From contig CM059432.1 of the NCBI GenBank assembly GCA_030390025.1, forward strand, positions 85,934,001 through 85,998,000: a DNA stretch of 64,000 bases, given 5' to 3'. Of the stretch, positions 13,601 through 25,498 are shown one piece after another. The translations under genes and the position numbers were made by a program. The DNA comes from Squalus acanthias (Eukaryota). Numbering within the stretch: position 1 is the first letter of the stretch; every line of letters starts with the position of its first letter. The notes beneath the pieces were generated by a model. It was given only the letters and a program-made list of their open reading frames with translations. It made no database searches and was not told the DNA's origin.

Positions 13601-13820
13601 ACATAGGCCAGACCGGGTAAGGACAGCAGATTTCCTTCCCTAAAGGGCATTAGTGAACCAGATGGGTTTTTATGACAATCCAGTAGTTTCAAGGTCACCA
13701 TTACTGATACTAGCTTTTTTTTATCCTGAATTTAAATTCCCCAGCTATCATGGTGGGCCTCATTCGTCCAGGCCTCTGGATTACTAGTCCAGTAACATAC
13801 CCACTATGTTACCGTACCTA
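10645..13820 (-). mobile_element. Family A APE-RT LINE, near full length (~3.2 kb), degenerate
   Basis: In order on the minus strand: tRNA-like head (A box 13801-13811), APE (KVLLTNIWGL, GDFN, SDH), RT (ORF 11492-12364: NYRPISLL, QYGF, LDIKAAFDRVWH, VPQxSVLGP), C-terminal region, then the tail agggcaattagggatgggcaataaatgctgg and poly(A). Confidence 0.92.
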
Positions 13821-13974
13821 CCTGATGGCCACACATATGCCTAGGCCATGGTTCTGATCATTCACTAGGACCAACATGCAATCAGAACATGCTCGGCTAA
13901 CCTTGTCTGGGCAAAGATAGTCTTTAATAGTGCTTACGCCTTAGCTTGTGGGATCAGGACAGCTAGCATAGATT

Positions 13975-15745
13975 TATTAAAACCAAGTTGTGTTTGACAA
14001 ATGTAATGGTTATTTTGAAGAAGTAAATGGGTAGATAACGTGAATGTAGTAGTTGTAATGTGCATGGATTTTTATAAGGCATTCAATCAGGTGCCTCAAA
14101 AGAAATTAGTTTAAAAAAAACTCAGCCATATGGTATGAAGAAATGTTGCAATATGGATTGAAAGCTGGTTGACAGACAGGAAACTAAGAGTTACGTTAAA
14201 TGGATGTTGCACAGATTGGAGAAGGATTGGAAGTGGTGTACCCCAGGGTTTGATTCATTTTTGTTCTGGGTATCTATAAATGATTTGGACCTGGATCTAG
14301 GGAGTAGAGTCTCAAAATTTGCAAACAACAGAAAAGTAGGAGGACTGCAAAGGAGCAGGAAAACCTAGACTGGTCATTAGAATGACCAGACAGGTTGCAG
14401 ATGCAATAATAATACGGATAAGTGTGAGATATACATAATACATAATTTCTTGCAAGTGCAGGTAGATAAAACATAAAAAGAACCATAGAATTTTGTTTTT
14501 TTTATAAATGGGGCATAGAGTACAAGAGTGAAGAAGTTCTTTGAAGAGGTGACTGATATAGTGGATGGGGAAAATGCAGTAGGTGTGGTGTAAATGGACT
14601 TTCAGAAAATCTTTAACAATACCACACAGGAAACTATTAGAAAAGATTAAGGGGCCTGGAATTAGGGAGAGAGTAGCAAATTGGATTAAAAGCTGGTTAA
14701 AAGGGAGTAAACAGAGAGTAGGAGCCGAGGGTAGTTTCTCAGAATGGTTGGAAGTGGGTAGTGGTGTCCCACAGGGTTCTGTTCTGGGATCACGTCTGTT
14801 AATTGTGTACATCAATGATTTGGATATAGGGCAAGAGGGAATGGTATCCAAATTTGTTGATGATTTTAAAATAGGAGGCATAGTAAATAATTCTAAGGAC
14901 CCAAGGATGCTGCAAGAGGATATTAATTAGATAGTGGAATGAGCAAAAACGTGGCAGATGGAATTCAGTATCAGTAAATGTGAGATGGTGCATTTTGGTT
15001 TTTAAAAAATACAAGAATAATTATACATTGAATGGGGGAAAGCTGGGTGATGTGAAAGAGCAAAGGGATTTTTGGGTTCAGGTTCCCAAGACATTAAAAG
15101 CAGTATCTTAAGTGGATAAGGCCTTAAAAGGTGACAGAATACTGGGTTTTATGGCAAGAGGTATAGAATCTAAAAGTTGAGATACAATGGTGAATCTATA
15201 TAAAACCGTAGTGAGAGCACAGTTGCAGTAAAGTCGTCAGTTTTAGACTCCATACTGTAGGACGGATGTTGAGGCAATAGAGAGGGTACAGCACAGATTC
15301 ATTAAGATGCTGACTAGTATTAGGAAATACAAATAAAAAGGGATACTTGAAAAATTGTGGCTGTTTTCATTAGAACAGAGATTATGGGGTGATTTGATGA
15401 GCGGTTTAAAATTATGAAGGGATGGGACAGAGTAGATGGAAACATACTGTTAGTGATTGAAGAATCTAGAATGAGGAGACATAGATATAACATTAAATGT
15501 AAGAGATTTAGAACAGAAAGCAGGAGAAACAGAGGGTTGCGAGGCTGTGGAATACACTACCGAAGTTAGTGATCGAAGCAGAGACCATGTCAACATTTAA
15601 GAATAGGGTAGATAAGTGGTTGAAAGAAAAGGGAATAAAAGGACATGGGAACAAGCCACATGGGATTAAGACTACTGCATGTATGGATGATAAACACCAA
15701 CGTTGAGCTGAATGGCCAGTTTCTTTGCTTCAATTCTATGTAAAG
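13975..15745 (+). mobile_element. Old, decayed CR1 LINE fragments (two tandem RT pieces)
   Basis: ORF 14583-14930 (WIKSWL...QRV...SGVPQGSVLG...YINDL...KFVDD), with a similar more decayed piece at 13975-14530. Confidence 0.8.
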
Positions 15746-16031
15746 TAATACATTAAACATAACATTGATTCGGCCACAGAGTACTTAGTGCATCCCACCT
15801 TCTTAAGGTGGCTTTGAATGACTTTCTAGCATTAGATAAATTATATTTTTTCATAACCACTACATATTTTAACTTGGTGTGCAGTCTATTATTTTTAAAA
15901 TTTTGTCAATTGACTGTCTTTATCAATGTATGTTATCCAACAGTTACAGTTCATCTTTCAGAATTGATTCTACTCTTTTTTAATTCACTCATCAGATAAA
16001 GAAATGTAATTCCTGTCCCACTTTATTCCAG

Positions 16032-16199
16032 ATTGTGAAAATAACGGTGAATGCCGTTGTCAGCACTTGTCGATTAGCATCTTTCTTTAACACTGAGGAA
16101 CTGAAGCGAATGACAGCATCCGACATTGGATCTAAAGAAGCAGAATACTACTTAACCCCTGCAGACACATCTGGCAAAAATGGTTACATGCCTGTTGAA
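16032..16199 (+). CDS. Internal exon of an ABCC-family (SUR/ABCC8-9-like) ABC transporter: end of TMD1 and start of linker
   Basis: Acceptor ctttattccAG, donor GTAAGA. 168 bp, phase 0-0, open frame IVKITVNAVVSTCRLASFFNTEELKR...GYMPVE. The 'AxVSxxRLxxFxxxEE' motif is typical of ABCC proteins after the last TMD1 helix. Confidence 0.85.
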
Positions 16200-16606
16200 G
16201 TAAGAAGTTGTTGATAGTTATAGTCATTGTAAGTAGTCATCAGTTGCGTATAGATTTAATTGAAGAAAGTAAATTTCTGTAAAACATTTTGCACAATTTT
16301 AATTTCACTAATTGCATGGACTAAACCAATCCACAAAAAATTAGTTAAATTTTATGAAATTTCTTATGAATTTTAATATCATGCAAAATATAGAAATTAG
16401 TAAGTTAAAAAACACAAAATCCCTTGAAATGGAATGTTTCTACAATAAGCATTGTTACTAATGAAGGAATGAATTATGAAATTAATTCTTAAATATTGCT
16501 TTCAGGGACAGGCTAAATGTAATCACTTCATTGATTTTCTAAACATTGTTTAAGACTAGAGTCTAATAGTTAATTAGGAACTTAAGACTGATGTAAACCA
16601 GCTATT

Positions 16607-17355
16607 GGACTGAATTTTGCAGTCAGCGGCTTACACTTACACTTGTCCACAGACTTGCTATGGGCTTTTGCACTGAAACTTGTGGTAATTAGAAATCCAC
16701 TTCAGCACAACGTCCTCTACAGGGGATCTGGGACCTGTGTGAACAGGGAAAGCAACAGTGCATCTCCTTAACCAATCAGATTGAAGAATTTTTAATGAGC
16801 AGTGCAGAGTCTAGATCAGGAAGTGTAAGTTAGAATATTTAATTCAATGCCAAATCATGTACAGAAAGTGAAATAAAGAGAGGGAAAGAAAGAGGGATTA
16901 AGAGAGAGAGATAAGAGACAGGAAGAAGTAAAAAAAAATATATTTTTTAAAATATCTCTAACAATAATTAAAATCCGAAGGAATAAGACTCCAGAATTGT
17001 AAAAGTTAATTTTCAGTGCCAGAGAGATTGTTTGGCAGTAATTAAGACTTATCATGCTGTTAAAAAATCTACTTACACTAGAATGGACAAACATTAACTT
17101 TTTCTGGCAAGTTTAGTGGGTATCTACTGGGTAAGTACAGCAACTTCACGCTTTCCATGTGTTTCAGTGGTGAGTCTCTCGGCGAAATACCGGTATAGCA
17201 AAGCTTCTGGAGGAGTAGGGCAATTCGGACAGCAACTTCCTGATTTCTGCATTTAACTTTGCATGTGTGGTCACCGGAAGTTGCTGTCTGATGTACTCTT
17301 TAATAACGGTGAGCGCTGATCGACTCACTGTTACTTTTACCGCAAAATCCGGGCC
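16607..17355. mobile_element. Harbinger-type MITE
   Basis: Imperfect TIRs GGACTGAATTTTGC / GCAAAATCCGGGCC, resembling the ends of the Harbinger at 24961-29086. No clean TSD. Confidence 0.7.
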
Positions 17356-17775
17356 GATATGTTTAAAGCTAAGTAGGGTTGCAAACTTATTTTGGGAATT
17401 ATAAGAATTGTTTTTATTTTACCAGGAGAAAATGAGTGTAATAACAGGATTTCAGTTTTTACCTCTGAAATACTGTCAAGAACACGTTAAGACTGGTACT
17501 TGTCCTGAGGCCATAACCTCATTCAACAGTTTGAAAAATTTAGTCAAATGATTCTTCTCACTTTCCACCTGGCATCCGGTGTATTTTGCCTGAAGGTTTG
17601 GATTATAGCCAACGTGGTACATAGTAGTATTAGATTCAGAGCACTAGTTTCCTTTTTCCATAACAATGTGACTGAATTGAATTCAATGAAGAGTCCTTTA
17701 TTTTCACAATGCAAATGGAATATTTATTCTGAAAGTTTGTTAAGGACAGGTTCGAACAGTGTTCTATAGTATAAT

Positions 17776-18640
17776 GGCCCGGATTTTAATCTCTGTGGCG
17801 AAGGAACGGCTTTTGCCGTTCACCTCGCTGACATTGCCCACAGACTTTTTGCGGGCTTAGTTCTGCTCCATTCTAACCTCTTTTCCTCATCAAGATGTGG
17901 CAGAACAAGAAGCCACAAGCTCAATTGTATTTGGTGCTGCCAGACTTCATGCACTGTCACTCACTTTAGCAATTCCAAGCACTATGTCAGAGACATCCAC
18001 CCTGGGGAGTTCATAAGCAAGTCAGAGGGGACTGCAATGTATGGTACACAGACCACGCAGCACACAACCATAACCCTTGAAACCCTAGCTGTGTTATATT
18101 GTGGAATGCCCCCAAGATCAATTCAGGCACCTGAAGCATCCGTTAAGTATGCCAAATTATTGGTTATTCAGTTATTACTCTGGCGAATGAATGGACCTCA
18201 TTATACTTGTGCTCAGCTTGTGTCCTGGGAAACTACACAGGCTGCAGAAGATATCCTTGATCTGCAAGAAACCATCAAGAGACTTGTCTTTCAGGCTCCA
18301 AGAATGCTTTCTTGGTGGGCTGCCTCAAATGGGAGGCCTCATGGCTTTAAGTTCTACTATAATTTGGATGTTGGACTCTTTAAATCTCTTCTGCTTTATT
18401 CCTATCCCTTAAAAAACCCTTGATGGTTGTCCTATGGGTGAGAGGAGGAAATTACACAGAAGTGATCCCAGATGGACCATATGTCTTTATGCCCCTTTTG
18501 CATGGGACCACCCAAAAATAGCACGCGCTTCCTGCAGTTGCTAGAAATGGTTGGAAAATGAAGTCAACTGAAAAAATGGGTGGAGACCAGGCGTAGCTCC
18601 ACACGATTTTCCATCTGGTCTGTCTGATCAGAAAATTAAG
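17776..18640 (-). mobile_element. Decayed Harbinger derivative with transposase remnant
   Basis: TIR-like GGCCCGGATTTT at 17776. The minus strand near 18190-18240 translates as PRTQAEHKYNEVH, similar to [13 protein letters not shown] in the transposase at 26.3 kb. The right boundary is approximate. Confidence 0.55.
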
Positions 18641-18740
18641 AATTTTGTGTCTAGTCTAGGTAAAGGATGTTTCTTCTGAACCAAACTGTTCGCACTTCAG
18701 AGTCCTATCCGACCCTGAGTTGAACTTCCGACTCAGTATT

Positions 18741-19670
18741 AACCCAGTTAAGCAACGCCTCGATTTTAAAATTCTCATCCTTGTTTTCAAATCCCTCCAT
18801 GGCCTCGCCCTCCCTATCTCTGTAATCTCCTCCAGCCCTATAACCCTCCAAGATAACTGTGCTCCTCCAATTCTGGCCTCTTGAGCATCTCCAATTTTAA
18901 TCGCTCCACCATTGGCGGCCGTGCCTTCAGCTGCCAAGGCCCTAGGCTCTAGAATTTCTCCCTAAACCTCTCTGCCTCTCTACTTTTCTTTCCTCCTTTA
19001 AGACGCTCCTTAAAACTTATCTCTCTGACCAAGCTTTTGGTCATCTGCCCTAATATCTCCTTAAGTGGCTTGGTTTCAAGTTTAGTTTGATAACGCTCCT
19101 GTGAAGCGCCTTGGGACATTTTACTATGTTAAAAGGCGCTATATAAATGCAAGTTGTTGTGTTCTCTCCATCACAAAGACGGCCTGCATCCAACTTCGTA
19201 GCATTGCCTGCCTCTACCTCAGCCTCAGCCCATTTTCTGATGAAACTCTCATCCATTTCTTTGTCACTTCCAGACTTGACTATTCCAATACTTTCCTGGC
19301 TGACTTCCCATCTTCCACCGTCTGGAAATTGCAGCTCATCCAAAACTCTGCTGCCCGTATCCTGTCCTACCCACCTGTCACCCTTGTCCTTGCTGACCTA
19401 CATTGACTCCCGGTTCCTTAACGGCTTAAATTTAAAATTTTCATCTGCGTTTAAATTTCCTCATAGCCTTGCCCCTCCCTATGTCTGTAACCTCCTCCAT
19501 TCCAATAACCCCTGCCTTCCCCCGGAACTCTCAGTTCCTCCGGCACTGGCCTCTTGTGCACCCACTTCCCTTCACCCTACCATTGGCAGTTTATTTTCAA
19601 CTGCCAAGGCCTCACGCTGCGGAATTCCCTTCCTAAGCACCTCTGTCTCTCCACCTTCCTCTCCTTCTTT
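18741..19670 (+). mobile_element. Two adjacent L2-like LINE 3' fragments
   Basis: PVKQRLDFKILILVFKSLHGLA and LIHFFVTSRLDYSN...LQLIQNSAAR translations; tail gtgaagcgccttggga...tatataaatgcaagttgttg at about 19100-19160. Confidence 0.85.
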
Positions 19671-19733
19671 ATAGGGAATGGGAGCTGCATTTACAGGAGT
19701 TGCCAGTGGCACTCAATCCAAGGAAAATATCTG

Positions 19734-20390
19734 GGCCTAGAAATTGCAGGTGTTAGTGCTGGCCGTTAAGGCCAATTACAGCAAAAAAAATGACGGCTGC
19801 CTCACTTCCGCCCACTGCTGGCAGGTCCCGCGGCGGCCACCACTTTCGGCTGCGTGGCAGGGCTGATGATGTCACTAGGGATATGTAGATTATGCAGATT
19901 GTGATGTCCGTGAGTGTGTAACGCTCACTTGATGCCCAATCTGCCATGTTGGAGTGCGCCGCTCAACTTATCAGCCTGTGTTAATTACGACCAGCTGACC
20001 AAGTGTTCACAAGCAGGATGGAGCCCCCAGCAGCGTTATTTAAAGGAATCATCAGCAACAACTTGCAGCTGACATGTTTGACTGGCTCTGTGGAACTTTC
20101 TGCAACTCTTAACAGCTTTCGAAACTTGTTTCAAGTTCCTAAGGTGACAGGGAGTGTTAGTGCAAGTGGAGAACGCCTTCATGCTTATTTAAAGGCTTCT
20201 GCTCACAATGCTTGCAGTCATGGGGGCTCTACTTGCAGTCCACTTCGCGCTCGAGTATCTTCGGCAGAGGGAGCGGAGGCAGCGAAGAAGAGGAGAAGAT
20301 GCGCACAGAGGGAGGAGGAGGAAGGCCAGGAGGGATCTCAACAGGAGGCCTTACCCACCTAGGGTCTTCAAAGAACACTTCTCTTATCTC
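19734..20390 (+). mobile_element. Truncated Harbinger left end with transposase N-terminus
   Basis: TIR-like GGCCTAGAAATTGC. ORF 20208 has an Arg-rich stretch then RRPYPPRVFKEHFSYL, analogous to the region preceding RMSFLNM in the 25.5 kb transposase. Confidence 0.55.
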
Positions 20391-20499
20391 TTGCCACTGA
20401 ACTCTGTGTGCACCTCCTCTCCCATGGGTGCACTCTGGTTGCAGTATGTACAATCTACAGGACGCACTGCAGCAATTTACCAAGATTACTTCAACAGCA

Positions 20500-23400
20500 T
20501 CAATTTTATTTTATTCGTTCATGTGATCTGGGCGTTGCTGGCAAGGGCAGCATTTATTGCTCATCCCTAATTGACCTTGATATGTGAAGAGAAAAAGATT
20601 AGTGAAATCAAGTCCCTTGCAGTCAGAAGCGGGGGAAGTTATAATGGGGAACAAAGAAATGGCAGACCAATTAAATGCATATTTTGGTTCTGTCTTCACA
20701 AAGAGGACACAAATAACCTCCCAGAGATGTTGGAGAACATACGGTCTGATGAAAGGGAGGAACTGAAAGAAATCAGTATTTGCAGGGAAATGGTGTTAGG
20801 GAAATTGATGGGATTGAAGACTGATAAATCCCCAGGGCCTGATAATCTACATCCTAGGGTACTTAAGGAAGTGGCCCTAGAAATAGTAGATGCATTGCTC
20901 ATCATCTTCCAACATTCGATGGAATCTGGAACTGTACCCATGGATTGGAGGGTAGCTAATGTTACCCCACTATTCAAAAAGGGTGGTAGAGAGAAAGCGG
21001 GGAATTACAGACCGGTAAGCCTCACATCGGTAGTGGAAAAAATGCTAGAGTCCATTATAAAGGATGTAATAGCTGAGCACTTGAAAAACAGTGACAGGAT
21101 CGGACAAAGTCAACATGGATTTACAAAAGGTAAATCGTGCTTGACTAATCTACTGGAATTTTTTGAGGATGTAACTGGGAAAATAGATGAGGGAGAACCA
21201 GTAGATGTGGTGTATTTGGACTTTCAAAAGGCTTTCGATAAGGTCCCGCAAAAGAGATTAGCGTGTAAAGTTAAGGCACATGGGATTGGGGGCAAGGTAT
21301 TGACTTGGATAGAGAACTGGTTGGCGGACAGAAAGCAGAGAGTAGGAATAAATGGGTCTTTTTCCGAGTGGCAAGCAGTGACTAGCGGGGTACCGCAGGG
21401 ATCGGTCCTTGGACCCCAGCTATTCACAATATACATTCATGATCTAGATAAGGGAACTAAATGTAATATCTCCAAGTTTGCAGATGACACAAAGCTGGGT
21501 GGGAGTGTGTGCTGCGAGGAGGATACCGAGAAACTCCAGGATGATTTGGACAGGTTGGGTGAGTGGGCAGAAGCGTGGCAGATGCAATATAACGTGGATA
21601 AATGCGAGGTTATCCACTTTGGTGTCAAAAACAGAAAAGCAGACTATTATCTGAATGGCAATAGATTGGGAGAAGGGGAAGTGCAACGAGACCTGGGTGT
21701 CCTTGTGCACCAGTCGCTGAAAGTAAGCATGCAGGTGCAGCAGGCGGTGAAGAAGGCAAATGGTATGTTGGCCTTCATAGCGAAAGGGTTTGAGTATAGG
21801 AACAGGGATGTCCTGCTGCAGTTGTACAGGGCCTTGGTTAGACCACACCTTGAGTACTGTGTGCAGTTTTGGTCACCTTATCTGAGGAAGGATGTTCTTG
21901 CCATGGAAGGAGTTCAGCGAAGATTCACAAGACTGATACCTGGGATGGCAGGAATGACATATGAGGAGAGATTGGGTCGATTGGGCTTATACTCGCTGGA
22001 GTATAGAAGAATGAGAGGGGATCTCATCGAAACATATAAAATTCTGACAGGTCTGGACAAACTAGATGCAGGAAGAATGTTCCCGATGGTCGGAGAGTCC
22101 AGAACCAGGGGTCATAATCTAAGGATAATGGGTAAGCCATTTAGGACAGAAATGAGGAAGAATTTCTTCACCCAGAGAGTGGTGAACTTGTGGAATTCTC
22201 TACCACAGAAGGTAGTTGAGGCGAAGTCATTAAATATATTCAAGAATGAGTTAGATATATTTCTTAAAGCTAAAGGTATCAAGGGATATGGGGAGAAGGT
22301 AGGTACAGGGTACTGAGTTTGGATGATCAGCCATGATCTCATCGAATGGCCTACTCCTGCTCCTATCTTCTATGTTTCTATGTTTGAGAAGGTGGTGGTA
22401 AGCCGCCTTCTTGAATCGCTGCAGTCCGTGTGGTGAAGGTACTCCCACAGTGCTGTTAGGGGGGGCGGAGTTCCAGGATTTTGACCCAGCGACGATGAAG
22501 GATTGGCGATATACTTCCAAGTCAGGATGGCGTGTGACTTGGAGGGGATCTTGGAGGTGGTGGTGTTTCCATGCGCCTGCTGCCCTTGTCTTCTAGGTGG
22601 AAGAGGTCATGGGTTTGGGAGGTGCTGCCGAAGAAGCCTTGGCGAGTTGCTGCAGTGCATCTTGTAGATGGTACACACTGCAGCCACGGTGCGCCGGTGA
22701 TGGAGGCAGTGAATGTTTAAGGTGGTGGATGGGGTTCCAATCAAGTGGGCTGCTTTGTCCTGGATGATGTCGAGCTTCAGTGGAGAGTTTTCACCCCGAT
22801 TCCCATTGACTTCAGTTTTACTAGGGCTCCTTGATGCCACACTCGGTCAAATGCTGCCTTGAGTGATGTTGGCGCTGCACTCATTCAGGCAAGTGGAGAG
22901 TATTCCATCACACTCTTTACTTTTGGCTTGTAGATGGTGGAAAGGTTTTGGGGAGTCAGGAGGTGAGACAGTCGCTGCAGAATACCTAGCCTCTGACCTG
23001 CTCTTGTAGCCACGGGATTTATGTGGCGGTCCAGTTAAGTTTCTGGTCAATGGTGACCCCCAGGATGTTGATAGTGGGGGATTCGGCGATGGTAATGCCG
23101 TTGAATGTCAAGGGGCGGTGGTTAGACTCTCGCTTGTTGGAGATAGTCATTGCCTGGCACTTGTGTGGCGCGAATGTTACCTGCCACTTATCAGCCAAGC
23201 TTGAATGTTGTTCAGGTCTTGCTGCATGCGGGCATGGACTGCTTCATTATCTGAGGAGTTGTGAATGGCACTGAACACTCTGCAGTCATCGGTGAACATC
23301 CCCATTTCTGACCTTATGTTGGAGGGAAGGTCATTGATGAAGCAGCTGAGGATGGATGGACCTAGGACACTGCCCTGAGGAACTCCTACAGCAATGTCCT

Positions 23401-23810
23401 GGGGCTGAGATGATTGTCCTCCAACCACCACAACCATCTTCCTTTGTACTAGGTATGGCTCCAGCCAGTGGAGAGTTTTCACCCCGATTCCCATTGACTT
23501 CAGTTTTACTAGGGCTCCTTGATGCCACACTCGGTCAAATGCTGCCTTGATGTCAAGGGCAGTCACTCTCACCTCACTTCCTGGAATTCAGCTCCTTTGT
23601 CCATGTTTGGACCAAGGCTGTAATGAGGCCTGGAGCCGAGTGGTCCTGGCGGAACCCAAACTGGGCATCAGTGAGCAGGTTATTGGTGAGTTAAGTGCCG
23701 CTTGATAGCACTGTCTGACACCTTCCATCACTTTGCTGACAATTGAGAGTAGACTGATGGGACTGTAATTGGCCGGATTGGATTTGTCCTGCTTTTTGTA
23801 GACAGGACAT
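20500..23810 (-). mobile_element. Family A LINE 3' half, interrupted by a CR1
   Basis: Tail at 20505-20580, resuming at 22384. RT ORF 23177-23572 (LDIKAAFDRVWH, GVPQGSVLGP, FTDD). Itself flanked by pieces of an older plus-strand relative (20392-20500 and 23812-24050). Confidence 0.9.
20581..22383 (+). mobile_element. CR1 (HER1-like) LINE, 5' truncated, with uninterrupted RT reading frame
   Basis: ORF 20571-22316 has KSPGPD, NYRPVSLTS, QHGF, YLDFQKAFDKV, GVPQGSVLGP, FADD and the CR1 C-terminus. Tail ttctatgt; TTGA direct repeat at 20577-20580 / 22384-22387. Confidence 0.95.
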
Positions 23811-24354
23811 CTTGTGGGAACACCATCACCTCCAAGTTTCCCTCCAAGTCACACGCCAACATGACTTGGAAATATATTGCCATTCCGTCGTCGTTGCTGG
23901 AGCAATATCCTTGAATTCCCTACCTAACGTGGGAACACCATGAGCACAAGGAATACAGCGGTTTGAGTTGAAGGTTCACCACCACTTTCTCAGTGAAACT
24001 AGGGATGGCCAATAAGTGCGGCCTTGCCAGTGTCACCACATTTCAAGAAGAAATTTTAAAGAAGTAAACATGCATGCGAATTAGAAATGCTGAAGGTGGA
24101 GGCTGTGGAGGAACAACATGAGAAGGAGAAGGAATGCTATAAACATAAGGTGAAAGAAAAACAAAGAGGAGCACCACATACTCAAGGCTGATGAAAAAGA
24201 TTGCCAGCGTGGAGTCAAGGCAGACAGGAGAACAGAAATTTGAAGCAGTGGAAAAGGAGAAGGATGACTATCGTGCAGTTGATCTGCTGGAGAAAAGTAT
24301 ATTCTCAGTGAATGCGGGTACAGTTGACCTAGCCCATTATTTTTTTTTTTAATT

Positions 24355-24620
24355 AAATTTGATACCAAATTTTAAAGAGGAAGATGCCAAAGATGGATTT
24401 TTGAGTGTTTGAATTTTTACCGAACTACCATAAATGGAATAAAGTAATTTTGGCTGAACAACTAGTAATTGCAATAAAGCAGTTGTTTTTCTCACGGGTG
24501 GACTACGAAATTGTAAAGTATGGTGTTCTTACTGTGTATGACTTAAAAAATTTTGCCTGTATGCTTCAGGCATTAGGAAATTACAGAAAACTCCATATGG
24601 GACTTTGAGAATTCGTGATG
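24355..24620 (+). mobile_element. Probable Gypsy LTR-retrotransposon gag (SCAN-like) remnant
   Basis: LIPNFKEEDAKDGFL, frameshift, then FE...HKW...DYEIVKYGVLTVYDL. Resembles the gag pattern VPxFxExxxxxYFxxFE...W...DYxxVKxAILxAYEL. Confidence 0.5.
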
Positions 24621-24689
24621 GAGCTGGAGGAGACTTGAAGTTGTGGTTAGATGGAGAGAATGTATCTAATTGTAAGGGATTGAGACAAC

Positions 24690-24850
24690 AGTGGAGGCCC
24701 AAAGAGATTTAGGGGTCCATGTACACAGATCACTAAAATGTAGTAGTCAGGTACAAAAAATAACCAAAAAGGCTAATGGAATGTTAGCCTTTATAACTAG
24801 ATGGCTAGAATATAACAGGGAGAAAGTTTTGCTACAGCTATACAAAAGAC
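24690..24850 (+). mobile_element. Internal CR1 fragment
   Basis: QRDLGVHVHRSLK...KKANGMLAFI...VLLQLYK. Confidence 0.8.
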
Positions 24851-25498
24851 CTGGTACAAAAGCAAAATACTGCGGATGCCGGAAATCTGAAATAAAACAG
24901 AAAATGCTGGAAATACTTAGCAGGTCAGGCAGTACCTATTGAGAGAGAAACAGAGTTAACGGTTGGAATTTTCTGGGGTCCATGAGGGCACAATTGGAGG
25001 CAGGTCGGGTGGGAAATTTGAAAAATCTTGCTGCGGGTCAGGAACCCGCCGTCATCCCGCCCCCACGTGCCTTTTCCTCGGTCGTGTTTGCCGGCGTGGC
25101 AGCGAACCAAATGGCCAAAGCGGGCGAGCTAATTTAAATCATTGAGGTACTTGTCAGACCCTCAAGTGCCTTTTTCACCCTACCTTTCAAATTTCCCTGG
25201 ATGAGCATGGGAATTATGCAGCTCGGGAACCACTTCTGTGAAACTGAGGCAGAAGTTGAGTGGCCATTGATCCACCTTATTAGTGCACAGCATGAAAAGT
25301 ACAATTAAAAAGTACAACCTCTCAGCTGATCACTTTCAAAGGCAGATGCTTTTGCTGACTGCATTGTCAGCACAGATTTAGCTTTCTGGAGATTGCAAGT
25401 GCTGTCAGCATCCACTGTCACCTCAGTGGTAGAACCTATCACACCATTGACAGATTGCTTCTGTCAGCTCTACTTGACCTGCCATCTATTCCATCAGC

